DNA of 64,000 nt, taken from assembly GCA_947627135.1 (NCBI GenBank), contig CANQUV010000014.1, positions 10,533 to 74,532 of the forward strand, read 5' to 3'. The DNA is from an uncultured Clostridia bacterium (lineage in GTDB: Bacteria; Bacillota; Clostridia; Oscillospirales; Acutalibacteraceae). The position numbers and the translations under genes are program-made. How positions within the stretch are numbered: position 1 is the first letter of the stretch; each line of letters begins with the position of its first letter. Positions 55,362-64,000 of the stretch are shown here, piece after piece. The notes under the pieces were generated by a model that was not told the DNA's origin, made no database searches, and worked only from the letters and a program-made list of their open reading frames with translations.

Positions 55362-56315
55362 TTAAATATATTTATCTAAAAAATTTTTTACGGTACCCCA
55401 ATAAAGTTCAGGATCAGTACCTGATGAACCTACATGACCTGCTCCCTCTACAACAAGCTTTTCTTTTGGACAGGCTGCTGCGTTATACACCTTATCGAGC
55501 ATTGAAAAAGGAACAAATTCATCTTCACTTCCGTGAATAAACAATGTGGGCGTTTTTGATTTTTTAACCTGCTCAACACTTGAAGCTTGTTCAAAAGTAT
55601 AACCTGCCCTGAACAAACATACTATATCCGATGAGGTTATAATAGGAAATGCAGGCAATCCGAAAAATTCCTCGATTTGAATATCAAATTCCTCTTTTAC
55701 AGAACTGTAACCGCAATCTTCGATTGCACATTTAACATTCTGAGGAAGTTCCTCACCGGTGACCATCATAACTGCCGCCCCGCCCATGGAAACGCCGTAA
55801 AGTAAAATCTCTGATTTTTCGTCAATTGCAATAATATAATCAAGCCATCTTAAAATATCTATTCTGTCAAGCCAACCCATTCCTATTGCACTGCCTTCAC
55901 TTTCACCACAGCCCCGCATATCAGGCATTATAATATTATATCCCATATTGTAGATCTGCTCTGCCTCTGTACACATTTTCAGCGCATTTCCGCCATAACC
56001 GTGGAGTATGATTGCCCATTTTTTTGTTTCGGGATTATCTATTCTATATCCATGTAGCTTTAAATTATCATCTGATGTAATATAAACATCTTTCTCCTTA
56101 TCTGTCATCCAATTTATCGATTTAACCCGATTTGCTTTTTTATTCTCTGATAAATCTAATGCTTCAGATATAACTATACTTTTATCCGAATCTGAATTTA
56201 ACGCTAAATCATAAAAAAAATTTCCTACACACCCTAAAGCAATAATAACAACAATTAACAGCGAAGATAATACAAATATTGTTGTTTTTAACGCTGCTTT
56301 TCTTTTTCCCTTCAT
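55362..56315 (-). CDS. membrane-anchored alpha/beta hydrolase
   Basis: TM anchor, HGYGG oxyanion region, nucleophile elbow GVSMGG. GGGAG RBS before the ATG at 56315. Confidence 0.75.
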   Translation of the reverse strand: MKGKRKAALKTTIFVLSSLLIVVIIALGCVGNFFYDLALNSDSDKSIVISEALDLSENKKANRVKSINWMTDKEKDVYITSDDNLKLHGYRIDNPETKKWAIILHGYGGNALKMCTEAEQIYNMGYNIIMPDMRGCGESEGSAIGMGWLDRIDILRWLDYIIAIDEKSEILLYGVSMGGAAVMMVTGEELPQNVKCAIEDCGYSSVKEEFDIQIEEFFGLPAFPIITSSDIVCLFRAGYTFEQASSVEQVKKSKTPTLFIHGSEDEFVPFSMLDKVYNAAACPKEKLVVEGAGHVGSSGTDPELYWGTVKNFLDKYI

Positions 56316-56424
56316 TTCAACAGCTCCCAAGTTCTCTTTAAGTATTTTCCCTTATATATTCTTGACATAAAAAAGCAAAGCAATCATAAAAATTGCTTCG
56401 CTTAAAATTTATTTTTATCTTTTC

Positions 56425-58044
56425 TTACTTATTTGTTTTTAATATTACCGTTGATTGTTCAGGCAGGTAAAGTTTACTTTCATTTAATGTTATATGCTTT
56501 GAATTTTCTTTTGATGACGCCGCCGTTAAATCTGCCCTTATTTGTGGAGCTTCAATCATTTCAGCTGTAATTGTCAGATTTTTTTCTTCTGTACTGCTTA
56601 AATTATGAATTATCATCAGTTTACTATCATTGTATTCTACATAGTATGCTAAAATATTTTCATCTCCAAAATCCTCTGACGCAGTAATTTTTCCTCTTGC
56701 AATTTCAGGATTTTGATTTTTTATCTTAATTATCCGTTTATAAAAGTTAAGCAGTGAATATTCATCTTCCTGCTGTTGCTTGACTCCTCCCCATTGTGGG
56801 TCTGATACTATATTTTGACCGTCTACATTTATGTTGGAAGGATTTTCACTGTCCCAAATCATAGGCGTTCTGAAATTTTCATCACCAGATGATTCAGGTG
56901 CTGTCATACCGATTTCTTCTCCGTAATAAATATATGAGTTACCCGGAAACAACATATATACTGAAGCTGCCATTTTTTCAAATGAAACACCTTTGCTTCC
57001 TAAAGCATTACCGCTTCGTATCATATCGTGATTACTTAAAAACATGGCATTTATTGCGTTTTTATTTCTTTTTGTTATATTTTCATTATATTTTTCTATC
57101 TTATCCGCAAGCTTTCCGTTTTGCTCTGTTCTTACAGCATTTATAATTCCTCCGGATGTAGTTGCATATTGAAAACAAAATTGGCTGTCTATTCCCGATT
57201 TATAAATGTTGTAAATATCACCCGGAGTAGTCCAATTTTCTCCTACCATATAAATATCTTCTTTGTATTCTTTGCAGGCATTATAATACCAGTTTAGAAA
57301 CTCTTCTCCGTCTGTTGTATTGTTTGTAAAGTATTTTACAGCATCAAGCCTGAATCCTCCTACTCCTCGGTCTATCCAGAACTTTGCTATATTTAAAAAT
57401 TCTTCTCTTGTATCTTCAGAACTTAAATTCCATTCAGGCATATACGATGAAAAGTTGGATTCACACCAGTAATCACCTGCAATATGTGTATAAGCGTTTT
57501 CATTTACAGGACCGTCCTTATATTCCTCTATCTGAAAATATTTTGCATATCCGTTAAGATTGTCCTCTGCAACTTCTTTACAGGCTTGCTCAAACCAAGG
57601 ATGAAATTTTGAACAATGGTTTAATACCATATCAATTATAATTTCTATTCCCCTTTTATTACATTCTGAAACAAGCTGATCAAAATCATCTAATGTACCG
57701 AAGGTTTCATCAATCTCATAATAGTCAATTACATCATACTTATGATACGATTGAGACGGCATAATCGGAGTAAGCCAGATTGCGTCAACACCTAAATCTG
57801 TATCTGTATCGGGATTTCCGTCGTTTAAATAATCTAATTGAGATATTATCCCCTGTAAATCTCCTATACCGTTATTATCTGAATCACAAAAGGAATTAAC
57901 AAAGATCTCATAAACATTCTTGTATTTATCCTCTGAAACAGTTACCTTAATATCTTTTACCGGGTCATTATAAGATGAACAGCTTGTTAAAATGCAGCAG
58001 GCCAGTATAGATATTGCTACTAAAACGGAAATGAGTTTTTTCAT
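56425..58044 (-). CDS. GH13 alpha-amylase-family lipoprotein
   Basis: Lipobox ILTSC. GH13 regions DMVLNHCS, GFRLDAVK and SNHDMIR. Confidence 0.85.
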   Translation of the reverse strand: MKKLISVLVAISILACCILTSCSSYNDPVKDIKVTVSEDKYKNVYEIFVNSFCDSDNNGIGDLQGIISQLDYLNDGNPDTDTDLGVDAIWLTPIMPSQSYHKYDVIDYYEIDETFGTLDDFDQLVSECNKRGIEIIIDMVLNHCSKFHPWFEQACKEVAEDNLNGYAKYFQIEEYKDGPVNENAYTHIAGDYWCESNFSSYMPEWNLSSEDTREEFLNIAKFWIDRGVGGFRLDAVKYFTNNTTDGEEFLNWYYNACKEYKEDIYMVGENWTTPGDIYNIYKSGIDSQFCFQYATTSGGIINAVRTEQNGKLADKIEKYNENITKRNKNAINAMFLSNHDMIRSGNALGSKGVSFEKMAASVYMLFPGNSYIYYGEEIGMTAPESSGDENFRTPMIWDSENPSNINVDGQNIVSDPQWGGVKQQQEDEYSLLNFYKRIIKIKNQNPEIARGKITASEDFGDENILAYYVEYNDSKLMIIHNLSSTEEKNLTITAEMIEAPQIRADLTAASSKENSKHITLNESKLYLPEQSTVILKTNK

Positions 58045-58121
58045 AATTACACCTCCTTAAAATATTATTTACAAAAAGGGTGGCAGCATAAGCTTCCACC
58101 CTTAATAAGTATTTTAAAATC

Positions 58122-58976
58122 TTATCCTTTAACACCGCCGGCTGTAACACCTTCAACATAATATTTTTGCATCATAAGGAAAAGTACAGTAATCGGAACT
58201 GCAACTAGTACAGAACCTGCCATAAACTGTTTAAAGTAATTTACTTTAAACTCATTGGAAACCATTAACTGCAAACCTATGGCAACAGTATAATTATCTC
58301 TGTTATCACCCATAATCAATTTACAAAGAATGAAGTCTGTCCAAGGACCGATGAATGATGTAAGAACTGTATATACTACAATCGGCTTTGACATAGGAAG
58401 TATAATCTTCCAGAAAATCTGATTTCTTGTAGCACCGTCAACTGTTGCTGCTTCGTCAAGAGCTCTGGGGATTGTATCAAAGAAGCCCTTTGAAATCTGG
58501 AATCCAAGACCTGCACCTGCACTGTAACATATAACAAGAGCAACCAGTGTTTGTGAAAGGTTCATAGCTTTAAGCAGATAGTAAATAGCAATCATTGTCA
58601 TGAAACCCGGGAACATACCCAAAATCATACCTACATTGATAAACTTTTTACGACTCTTAAATCTTAAACGGCTGAATGCGTAACTTACCATAAGAACTGA
58701 AAGTGTAGAAATTACGCAGGCACAACAAGCAACAACAAATGTGTTCAAATACCATCTTGGGAAATTAAGAGTACCTGTATTTACAAACAAATTAATATAA
58801 TTATCAAATGAATATGAATGAGGAATAAGGTATGGTACGGTTGCCAAACCCTCTGCTCTGAACGAGTGCAATACTAAATATACCAGGGGAGAAACCCATA
58901 TTATACCCAATACTGCAAGAACAATATAAATAATTGTATTAGAAATAATTCTTCTGGCTTTATAACTTTTTATCAT
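58122..58976 (-). CDS. carbohydrate ABC transporter permease (MalG-like)
   Basis: 6 TM helices. EAA loop ALDEAATVDGATRNQIFWKIILP. Confidence 0.85.
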   Translation of the reverse strand: MIKSYKARRIISNTIIYIVLAVLGIIWVSPLVYLVLHSFRAEGLATVPYLIPHSYSFDNYINLFVNTGTLNFPRWYLNTFVVACCACVISTLSVLMVSYAFSRLRFKSRKKFINVGMILGMFPGFMTMIAIYYLLKAMNLSQTLVALVICYSAGAGLGFQISKGFFDTIPRALDEAATVDGATRNQIFWKIILPMSKPIVVYTVLTSFIGPWTDFILCKLIMGDNRDNYTVAIGLQLMVSNEFKVNYFKQFMAGSVLVAVPITVLFLMMQKYYVEGVTAGGVKG

Positions 58977-60469
58977 GAGAACGCCTCCTCGTCTTTCATA
59001 GACTTAGACATATTGAATGTAATCAAGGACAAGGTTGCGCAAACAATAAATACTAAGATACCTATGGCGGCAGCAAGGTCGTAATCCTGCTGGTTCATAG
59101 TTAATTTAAACAGCCATGTTACCAAAATATCGGTGTAACCTGCCTGATAGAATCTCTCTGTTGACGGACCTCCGCCAGTTAACAGGTAAATAACATTAAA
59201 GTTATTAATATTACCTACAAACTGTGTAATAAGTGACGGTGCTGTTACAAACAGCATATAAGGTAATGTGATCTTCGTAAACTGTTTAACAGGACCTGCA
59301 CCGTCAATTCTTGCACTTTCGTACAAGTCGGCAGGAATATTCATAAGAATACCCGAAGCAGAAAGAATGGTATATGGAATACCTACCCAACAGTTAATGA
59401 TTATTACAGTAATTCTTGCCATCAATGCATTGGTATTTAGGAACTGTATCGCCACTTCCTGACCTGTTATGTCAGATAAAAGAATATTGATAGCGCCGTT
59501 TACCTGTAACATCTGGTTCATGAGAAGAAGTGATACGAACTGAGGAACAGCTATTGTAATTACAAAAAGTGTTCTCCAAAGTGATTTAAGCTTAATGCCT
59601 TTTTTATTAATCATAAGGGCAACAATCATACCCAAAATGTAGTTTGTAAATGTAGCAAAAATTGCCCAAATTATGGTCCATTGAGTAAGTTCAATAAATG
59701 TAACTCCTCTTTTACCACCTGTTGTAACATTTACAAGCTGTGAAAAGTTTTCAAATCCGACCCAAGTAAATAGTGTTCCGGGCGGCATGTGGCTCTTATT
59801 ATAATTTGTAAATGCAATTAAAATCATAAAAATCAAAGGCATTATTGTGAAAATTGCAATAAGAGTTACCGGCAAAGAAAGCATTGTAACATGGAATTTG
59901 CCGTCGAGGAAATCTTTTGTTTCCTCTTTAAATGTCATAATATGTTTTCCTTCTGATTTTAATTGCTGTAATTTATATGCTGATTTTGTATTTGTTATGT
60001 AGATAAATAATACAACAAATGTAACTGCAATAGTAACAACACTATAAAGCAGAATAAGCATTGAGTTATCGCCGAAAACAGTCTTTTTAAATGGACCGTC
60101 ATCAACTAATTGTGTTTCAACTGTACCTAATGTATTAAATTTGGAAAGGTTTGGCCAACCAAATGTAATCATAAAGTAAATATACGCTACCTCAGTAGCT
60201 AAAAACAAAAGACCTTTTATAATTTGACCTTTTGCGAAGTTTCCAAAACCAAAAATAAGGTAAGAAAGCTTTACAGCAAAATCTCCCTTAATAAATCTTG
60301 TAACGTAATTAGCTACGCCCTTACCGATACCAGTGAATAATTTTACAAAGAATCTTCCGATTGCTTTAAAGAATGCTGCCACTCTGCCCGGAAGCTTTTT
60401 AAAGAATTCTGTAAAATTATATGCAAACTTCTGGAAAGGATTAAGCTGTTTATAATCGATATATTTCAA
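58973..60469 (-). CDS. carbohydrate ABC transporter permease (MalF-like, extended N-terminus)
   Basis: EAA loop YESARIDGAGPVKQFTKITLP. 4-nt overlap with the MalG-like gene. Confidence 0.85.
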   Translation of the reverse strand: MKYIDYKQLNPFQKFAYNFTEFFKKLPGRVAAFFKAIGRFFVKLFTGIGKGVANYVTRFIKGDFAVKLSYLIFGFGNFAKGQIIKGLLFLATEVAYIYFMITFGWPNLSKFNTLGTVETQLVDDGPFKKTVFGDNSMLILLYSVVTIAVTFVVLFIYITNTKSAYKLQQLKSEGKHIMTFKEETKDFLDGKFHVTMLSLPVTLIAIFTIMPLIFMILIAFTNYNKSHMPPGTLFTWVGFENFSQLVNVTTGGKRGVTFIELTQWTIIWAIFATFTNYILGMIVALMINKKGIKLKSLWRTLFVITIAVPQFVSLLLMNQMLQVNGAINILLSDITGQEVAIQFLNTNALMARITVIIINCWVGIPYTILSASGILMNIPADLYESARIDGAGPVKQFTKITLPYMLFVTAPSLITQFVGNINNFNVIYLLTGGGPSTERFYQAGYTDILVTWLFKLTMNQQDYDLAAAIGILVFIVCATLSLITFNMSKSMKDEEAFS

Positions 60470-60665
60470 TCAGTACACTCTCCTTATGTAAGTTTGCGGA
60501 ATATTCCGTTTACTAAGTAATTTTTGTCTTGCTCCCCTTTATTTCAAAATATTATTTTTAGATAATAAATCGAAATTTCTTTAGCAAGAATACATCGTTT
60601 TATGTATTTGTTACAAATATTTTAAGATTATTTTCTATTATACCTAAATTATGTGGAAATAAAAA

Positions 60666-60702
60666 CCGTTTCAGACAGCCCCTAAAAGGGGCTGTCAAAA
60701 CG
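60666..60702 (-). terminator. intra-operon hairpin/partial terminator after the binding-protein gene
   Basis: 17-bp stem CCGTTTTGACAGCCCCT / AGGGGCTGTCTGAAACGG (one mismatch), followed by TTTTT on the minus strand. Lies between the malE-like and malF-like genes. Confidence 0.65.
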
Positions 60703-60752
60703 GAAATATACTCTAAACACTAAACTTTATAAAATGTTTTTACAAAATTACA

Positions 60753-62042
60753 TTAAACATCCTTAATGTTTGTAAGTGTTTCATTGAGAAGTTGCTTCAT
60801 AGCATCTGTGTTAGTAGGATCTGTCTTTTCTGCAATAAGCTGGTTACCTAAGTTGCCCATCGGATCCCAGAACTGATCAGCAAGATCTGCCTGTGCAACA
60901 GAATTTTCTGCCTGTGCAAGAATAGCAGAAATTGTTACATTATTCTTTACAAAATCAGACTGTGCAGCCGCTTTATTTGATGGACCCCAACCAAGTTCCT
61001 GTGCTCTTTCAAGCTGGCAATCTTCAGATGTTAAATAGTTAGCAAGAATCTGTGCTGCTCTTGGGAATTTTGCAGCAGCATTAACACCCACATACTTATA
61101 ACCGAACATTGAAACGATTTGTTTGTCTTCGCCGTTAACATTGATTGTTGGTAACTTAGCAGCTCCGTATTTATCTCCTAAAGCTGTCTGGTTTGCAACT
61201 ACATCCCATGTACCGTCAATTCCTGCTCCGCATGTTCCGCTTGAGAAACCAGATGCGATATTAGATACTTCCAATGACTGGAATGTACTTGAATAATCAT
61301 GGAATAATTTTGAGAATGCCTGCATTGTTGCAACAACATCGTCTTCATTATAATCTGTGAATTTTTGTGTTAATCCGTCTTCTTCAAGACCGTCTGTCTT
61401 TAATCCGCCTGTAAATACGAACATACATGAATAGAATCCGTTACCGGCATCCATGATGAATTTCTTTCCGGCTGCCTTACAGTCTTCAAGAATTGTTTCT
61501 AATTTAGCTTCGTCTCCTGATTTTACAACAGAATTATCATATACAAGATAATAACCGTTGTCTGCTGTTTCAGGATATGCATAAATTTTGTCGTCGATTG
61601 TAGCAGCTTCTACAACATTTGTATCATTGTTAGCTTTAACCTCGTCAGCAAAAGCAACTTCCTGAATAACCTTTGCGTTTACAAGTTTATTGATCTGATC
61701 ACTTGGAAGTCCGAATACATCGGCTGCTGTTGATGCATCGTTAAGAAGCTGTGTAGCTGCGTCACTTTCACCCTGAGCAACAACTTCAATTGAAATTTTC
61801 TTTTCCGGATAAAGAGCAACAAATGCATCGCACTGTTTCTTTAACAGATTAATTGAAGCATCAGGTCCCCAAACTTTTAACGAAATGTTATCTTCTTCAC
61901 CAAATAACGATGTATCTGTTGATGAACCTTCTCCTGAAGATCCATTTGAAGATCCTTCGCCTGTTGATGTTTGCCCACCGCAACCTGCAAATGCTGTTGC
62001 CATCATCATTACTGCGAGCAAACCTGCAATAATTTTCTTCAT
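60753..62042 (-). CDS. maltodextrin/sugar ABC transporter substrate-binding lipoprotein (MalE-like)
   Basis: Lipobox FAGCGG, an S/G-rich linker, and a type 2 periplasmic binding fold of the expected length. Confidence 0.8.
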   Translation of the reverse strand: MKKIIAGLLAVMMMATAFAGCGGQTSTGEGSSNGSSGEGSSTDTSLFGEEDNISLKVWGPDASINLLKKQCDAFVALYPEKKISIEVVAQGESDAATQLLNDASTAADVFGLPSDQINKLVNAKVIQEVAFADEVKANNDTNVVEAATIDDKIYAYPETADNGYYLVYDNSVVKSGDEAKLETILEDCKAAGKKFIMDAGNGFYSCMFVFTGGLKTDGLEEDGLTQKFTDYNEDDVVATMQAFSKLFHDYSSTFQSLEVSNIASGFSSGTCGAGIDGTWDVVANQTALGDKYGAAKLPTINVNGEDKQIVSMFGYKYVGVNAAAKFPRAAQILANYLTSEDCQLERAQELGWGPSNKAAAQSDFVKNNVTISAILAQAENSVAQADLADQFWDPMGNLGNQLIAEKTDPTNTDAMKQLLNETLTNIKDV

Positions 62043-62566
62043 AAATTATTTCCTTCTTTCTTTTTTTAATAAAAAATCACAAATTATTTTCGGAAGATAC
62101 CGAAGCAACTAACGACACAAACGCATCATTGTTACTATTAAAATAATACCACAAAAAGTCTTAAAATTGCAACTCCCTTTGTACTTTTTGTCTAAAACGA
62201 TAATTTTATTCACCTGTTTTGTGCAAAAAGACAATGCGTTTTTAGAAATTTTATTTTACTGTCAAAATTTAATTTAAATTTTTGTTTAATTTGCTAAAGC
62301 CGCTTTGTTAAATATGACAATAAGATTTTTTGTTTATAGCAAAATCGCCTATACTATATGTTTTTAACTTCTAAATTTGACCGTGTGTTTTTAGTAAATT
62401 TTTAAAACTTAAATCTTTAGTAGTTAAAATCCTCAAAACCTTATTTTAATACAAATTAATAACTCAAAGTTGTAATTTTTCTTTTATGTTGATATAATAA
62501 TTATATATTGAAAAGATATATTTTATGTACAACCTATATATACATATTAAACAAGGGGATAAATTT

Positions 62567-64000
62567 ATGACACTTGAAAATCTTTTAATAAATACAAGTT
62601 TTAATTTGGTACAGGGTAATACTGACATTGAAATTTCTGATTTAATTTACGATTCAAGAAAAGTTTCAAAAAATACCGCTTTTGTTTGTCTTGTGGGATA
62701 TAATACCGACGGTCATCAATATATTCACGACGCTGTAACAAAAGGTGCTTCTGCTCTTGTGGTATCAAAAGATATTAAAATCGATGATAAAAATGTAACC
62801 GTAATTAAAGTTGATGATACCAGAAAAGCTCTTGCCTTTATGAGTGCAGAATTTTTCGGCAACCCTGCTAAAGAACTTATAACAATTGCTTTAACGGGAA
62901 CAAAAGGTAAAACTACAACAGTTGCTATGATAAAATCAATTTTGGATGCAGAAGGAATTAAAGCTGGAACTATTGGAACTTTGGGAATTATTATAGGCGA
63001 TGAGCTGATAAAAACTAATAATACAACTCCTGAATCCTATGAAATAGAAAAATCAATGAGAAAAATGGTAGACTCGGGTTGTAAGGCTATGATTATCGAA
63101 GCCTCTTCCCTGGGCCTTAAATGGCACAGAGTAGACGGTATTACTTTTGATATCGGTGTGTTTACAAACTTTTCAGATGACCACATCGGCGATAGTGAAC
63201 ATAAGGATTTAAATGAATACTTGTTCTGCAAAAGTTTGCTCTTTCAAAAATGTAAAACGGGAATTCTAAATCGTGACGATAATGCTTTCATTAAAATTCT
63301 TGAAAACAGTACTTGTGAGGTTACAACCTTCGGTTATTCTGAAAATGCCGATTTAAAAGCTGATAATGACCACCTTATCTCAAAACCCGGCTTTATCGGA
63401 GTTCATTTCAACACAACAGGTCTTGCAAATATGTCTGTTGATGTTGCTATTCCGGGTAAATTCAGCGTTTATAACGCCCTCTCTGCTATTGCCGTTTGCC
63501 TTAAGTTGGGAGTTTCTCAAAAATCAATTCTTGAGGGTCTTTATAATGTTAAAGTCAAAGGCAGAGTTGAGGCAGTTAAAGTTCCCGGAAATTATACTCT
63601 ACTTATCGACTATGCTCACAATGCTATGTCTATGGAGAATGTGCTTACAACTTTAAGGCAATATAACCCCAACCGTCTTGTGACAATGTTCGGTGCAGGA
63701 GGTAACAGACCAAAGGTTCGCCGTTATGAAATGGGTGAAGTTTCCGGTAATTTGTCTGACCTTTCTGTTATTACCGAAGATAATTCAAGGTTTGAAGATG
63801 TTATGGATATTATAGAAGATATTAAAGTTGGTATTAATAAGACAAATGGTAAGTATGTTGTAATTCCCAATAGAAAAGATGCTATAAAATATTGTATGGA
63901 AAATGCTCAAGACGGAGATATTGTTGTTCTTGCAGGTAAAGGACACGAAGATTATCAGGAAATAAAGGGTGTTAAATATCATCTTGACGAAAGAGAAGTT
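62567..64000 (+). CDS. murE: UDP-N-acetylmuramoyl-L-alanyl-D-glutamate--2,6-diaminopimelate ligase (3' end beyond the window)
   Basis: ATG at 62567 after AAGGGGA. Open frame of 478 codons to the window edge, so it is absent from the ORF track. ATP-binding P-loop LTGTKGKTTT, and GKGHEDYQEIKG...LDEREV near the C-terminus. Confidence 0.9.
   Translation, partial: MTLENLLINTSFNLVQGNTDIEISDLIYDSRKVSKNTAFVCLVGYNTDGHQYIHDAVTKGASALVVSKDIKIDDKNVTVIKVDDTRKALAFMSAEFFGNPAKELITIALTGTKGKTTTVAMIKSILDAEGIKAGTIGTLGIIIGDELIKTNNTTPESYEIEKSMRKMVDSGCKAMIIEASSLGLKWHRVDGITFDIGVFTNFSDDHIGDSEHKDLNEYLFCKSLLFQKCKTGILNRDDNAFIKILENSTCEVTTFGYSENADLKADNDHLISKPGFIGVHFNTTGLANMSVDVAIPGKFSVYNALSAIAVCLKLGVSQKSILEGLYNVKVKGRVEAVKVPGNYTLLIDYAHNAMSMENVLTTLRQYNPNRLVTMFGAGGNRPKVRRYEMGEVSGNLSDLSVITEDNSRFEDVMDIIEDIKVGINKTNGKYVVIPNRKDAIKYCMENAQDGDIVVLAGKGHEDYQEIKGVKYHLDEREV

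Noticed and set aside
55217-55540. 107-aa plus-strand track ORF
   Set aside because: It overlaps the 3' end of the well-supported alpha/beta hydrolase gene on the opposite strand, lacks an RBS and has a low-complexity Tyr/Phe/Leu composition.
63037-63982. Track ORFs 63037-63231(-), 63366-63656(+) and 63785-63982(-)
   Set aside because: All lie within, or out of frame with, the murE reading frame. murE is open from 62567 to the window edge and carries Mur ligase motifs.

Overview
AT-rich Firmicutes (Clostridia-like, spore-forming) chromosomal segment, densely coded and mostly housekeeping. No transposase, integrase, CRISPR array or recognisable defence genes were seen.

Recognisable genes:
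- Biosynthesis and central metabolism: serA-serC, pyrF, pyrC, ldh, an FprA-type flavodiiron protein, rpe, murE (runs off the 3' end of the window).
- Translation and RNA: rpsO-pnp, rlmB, trpS behind a Trp T-box, tRNA-Pro(UGG), tRNA-Thr(CGU).
- Sporulation: spoIIE and an orphan spoVAD.
- Envelope: an MBOAT/DHHW O-acylation pair plus a second DHHW paralog, a PAP2 phosphatase, a VanW-family protein.
- Starch and maltodextrin use: MalEFG-type ABC transporter and two GH13 enzymes.
- Five small XRE-type regulators.

The most interesting region is 10.2-13.8 kb, an agr-type quorum-sensing locus with a split layout:
- agrB (+) comes first, then convergent agrC and agrA (LytTR) on the minus strand.
- A 46-aa AgrD-like precursor absent from the ORF track lies 2.7 kb from agrB. 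It has Ser where Cys normally closes the ring.
- One promoter module (two TGCC-type half-sites 20 bp apart, with the proximal one 10 bp from a -35 box) sits in front of agrB and agrD.
- The same module also precedes a roughly 250-nt terminator-bounded intergenic transcript with no convincing ORF. This is a candidate AgrA-controlled effector RNA.

Other points worth a second look:
- A heavy-metal P-type ATPase homolog whose catalytic motifs are degenerate.
- A lipoprotein serpin translationally coupled between a glycolipid glycosyltransferase and a flippase-like protein.
- A hairpin-forming intergenic repeat family with four copies in the window.
- A Nif11-like protein with a GG motif.
- An unannotated 59-aa Cys-rich ORF next to a perfect 32-bp palindrome.

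All assignments come from reading motifs by eye. No database search was run.
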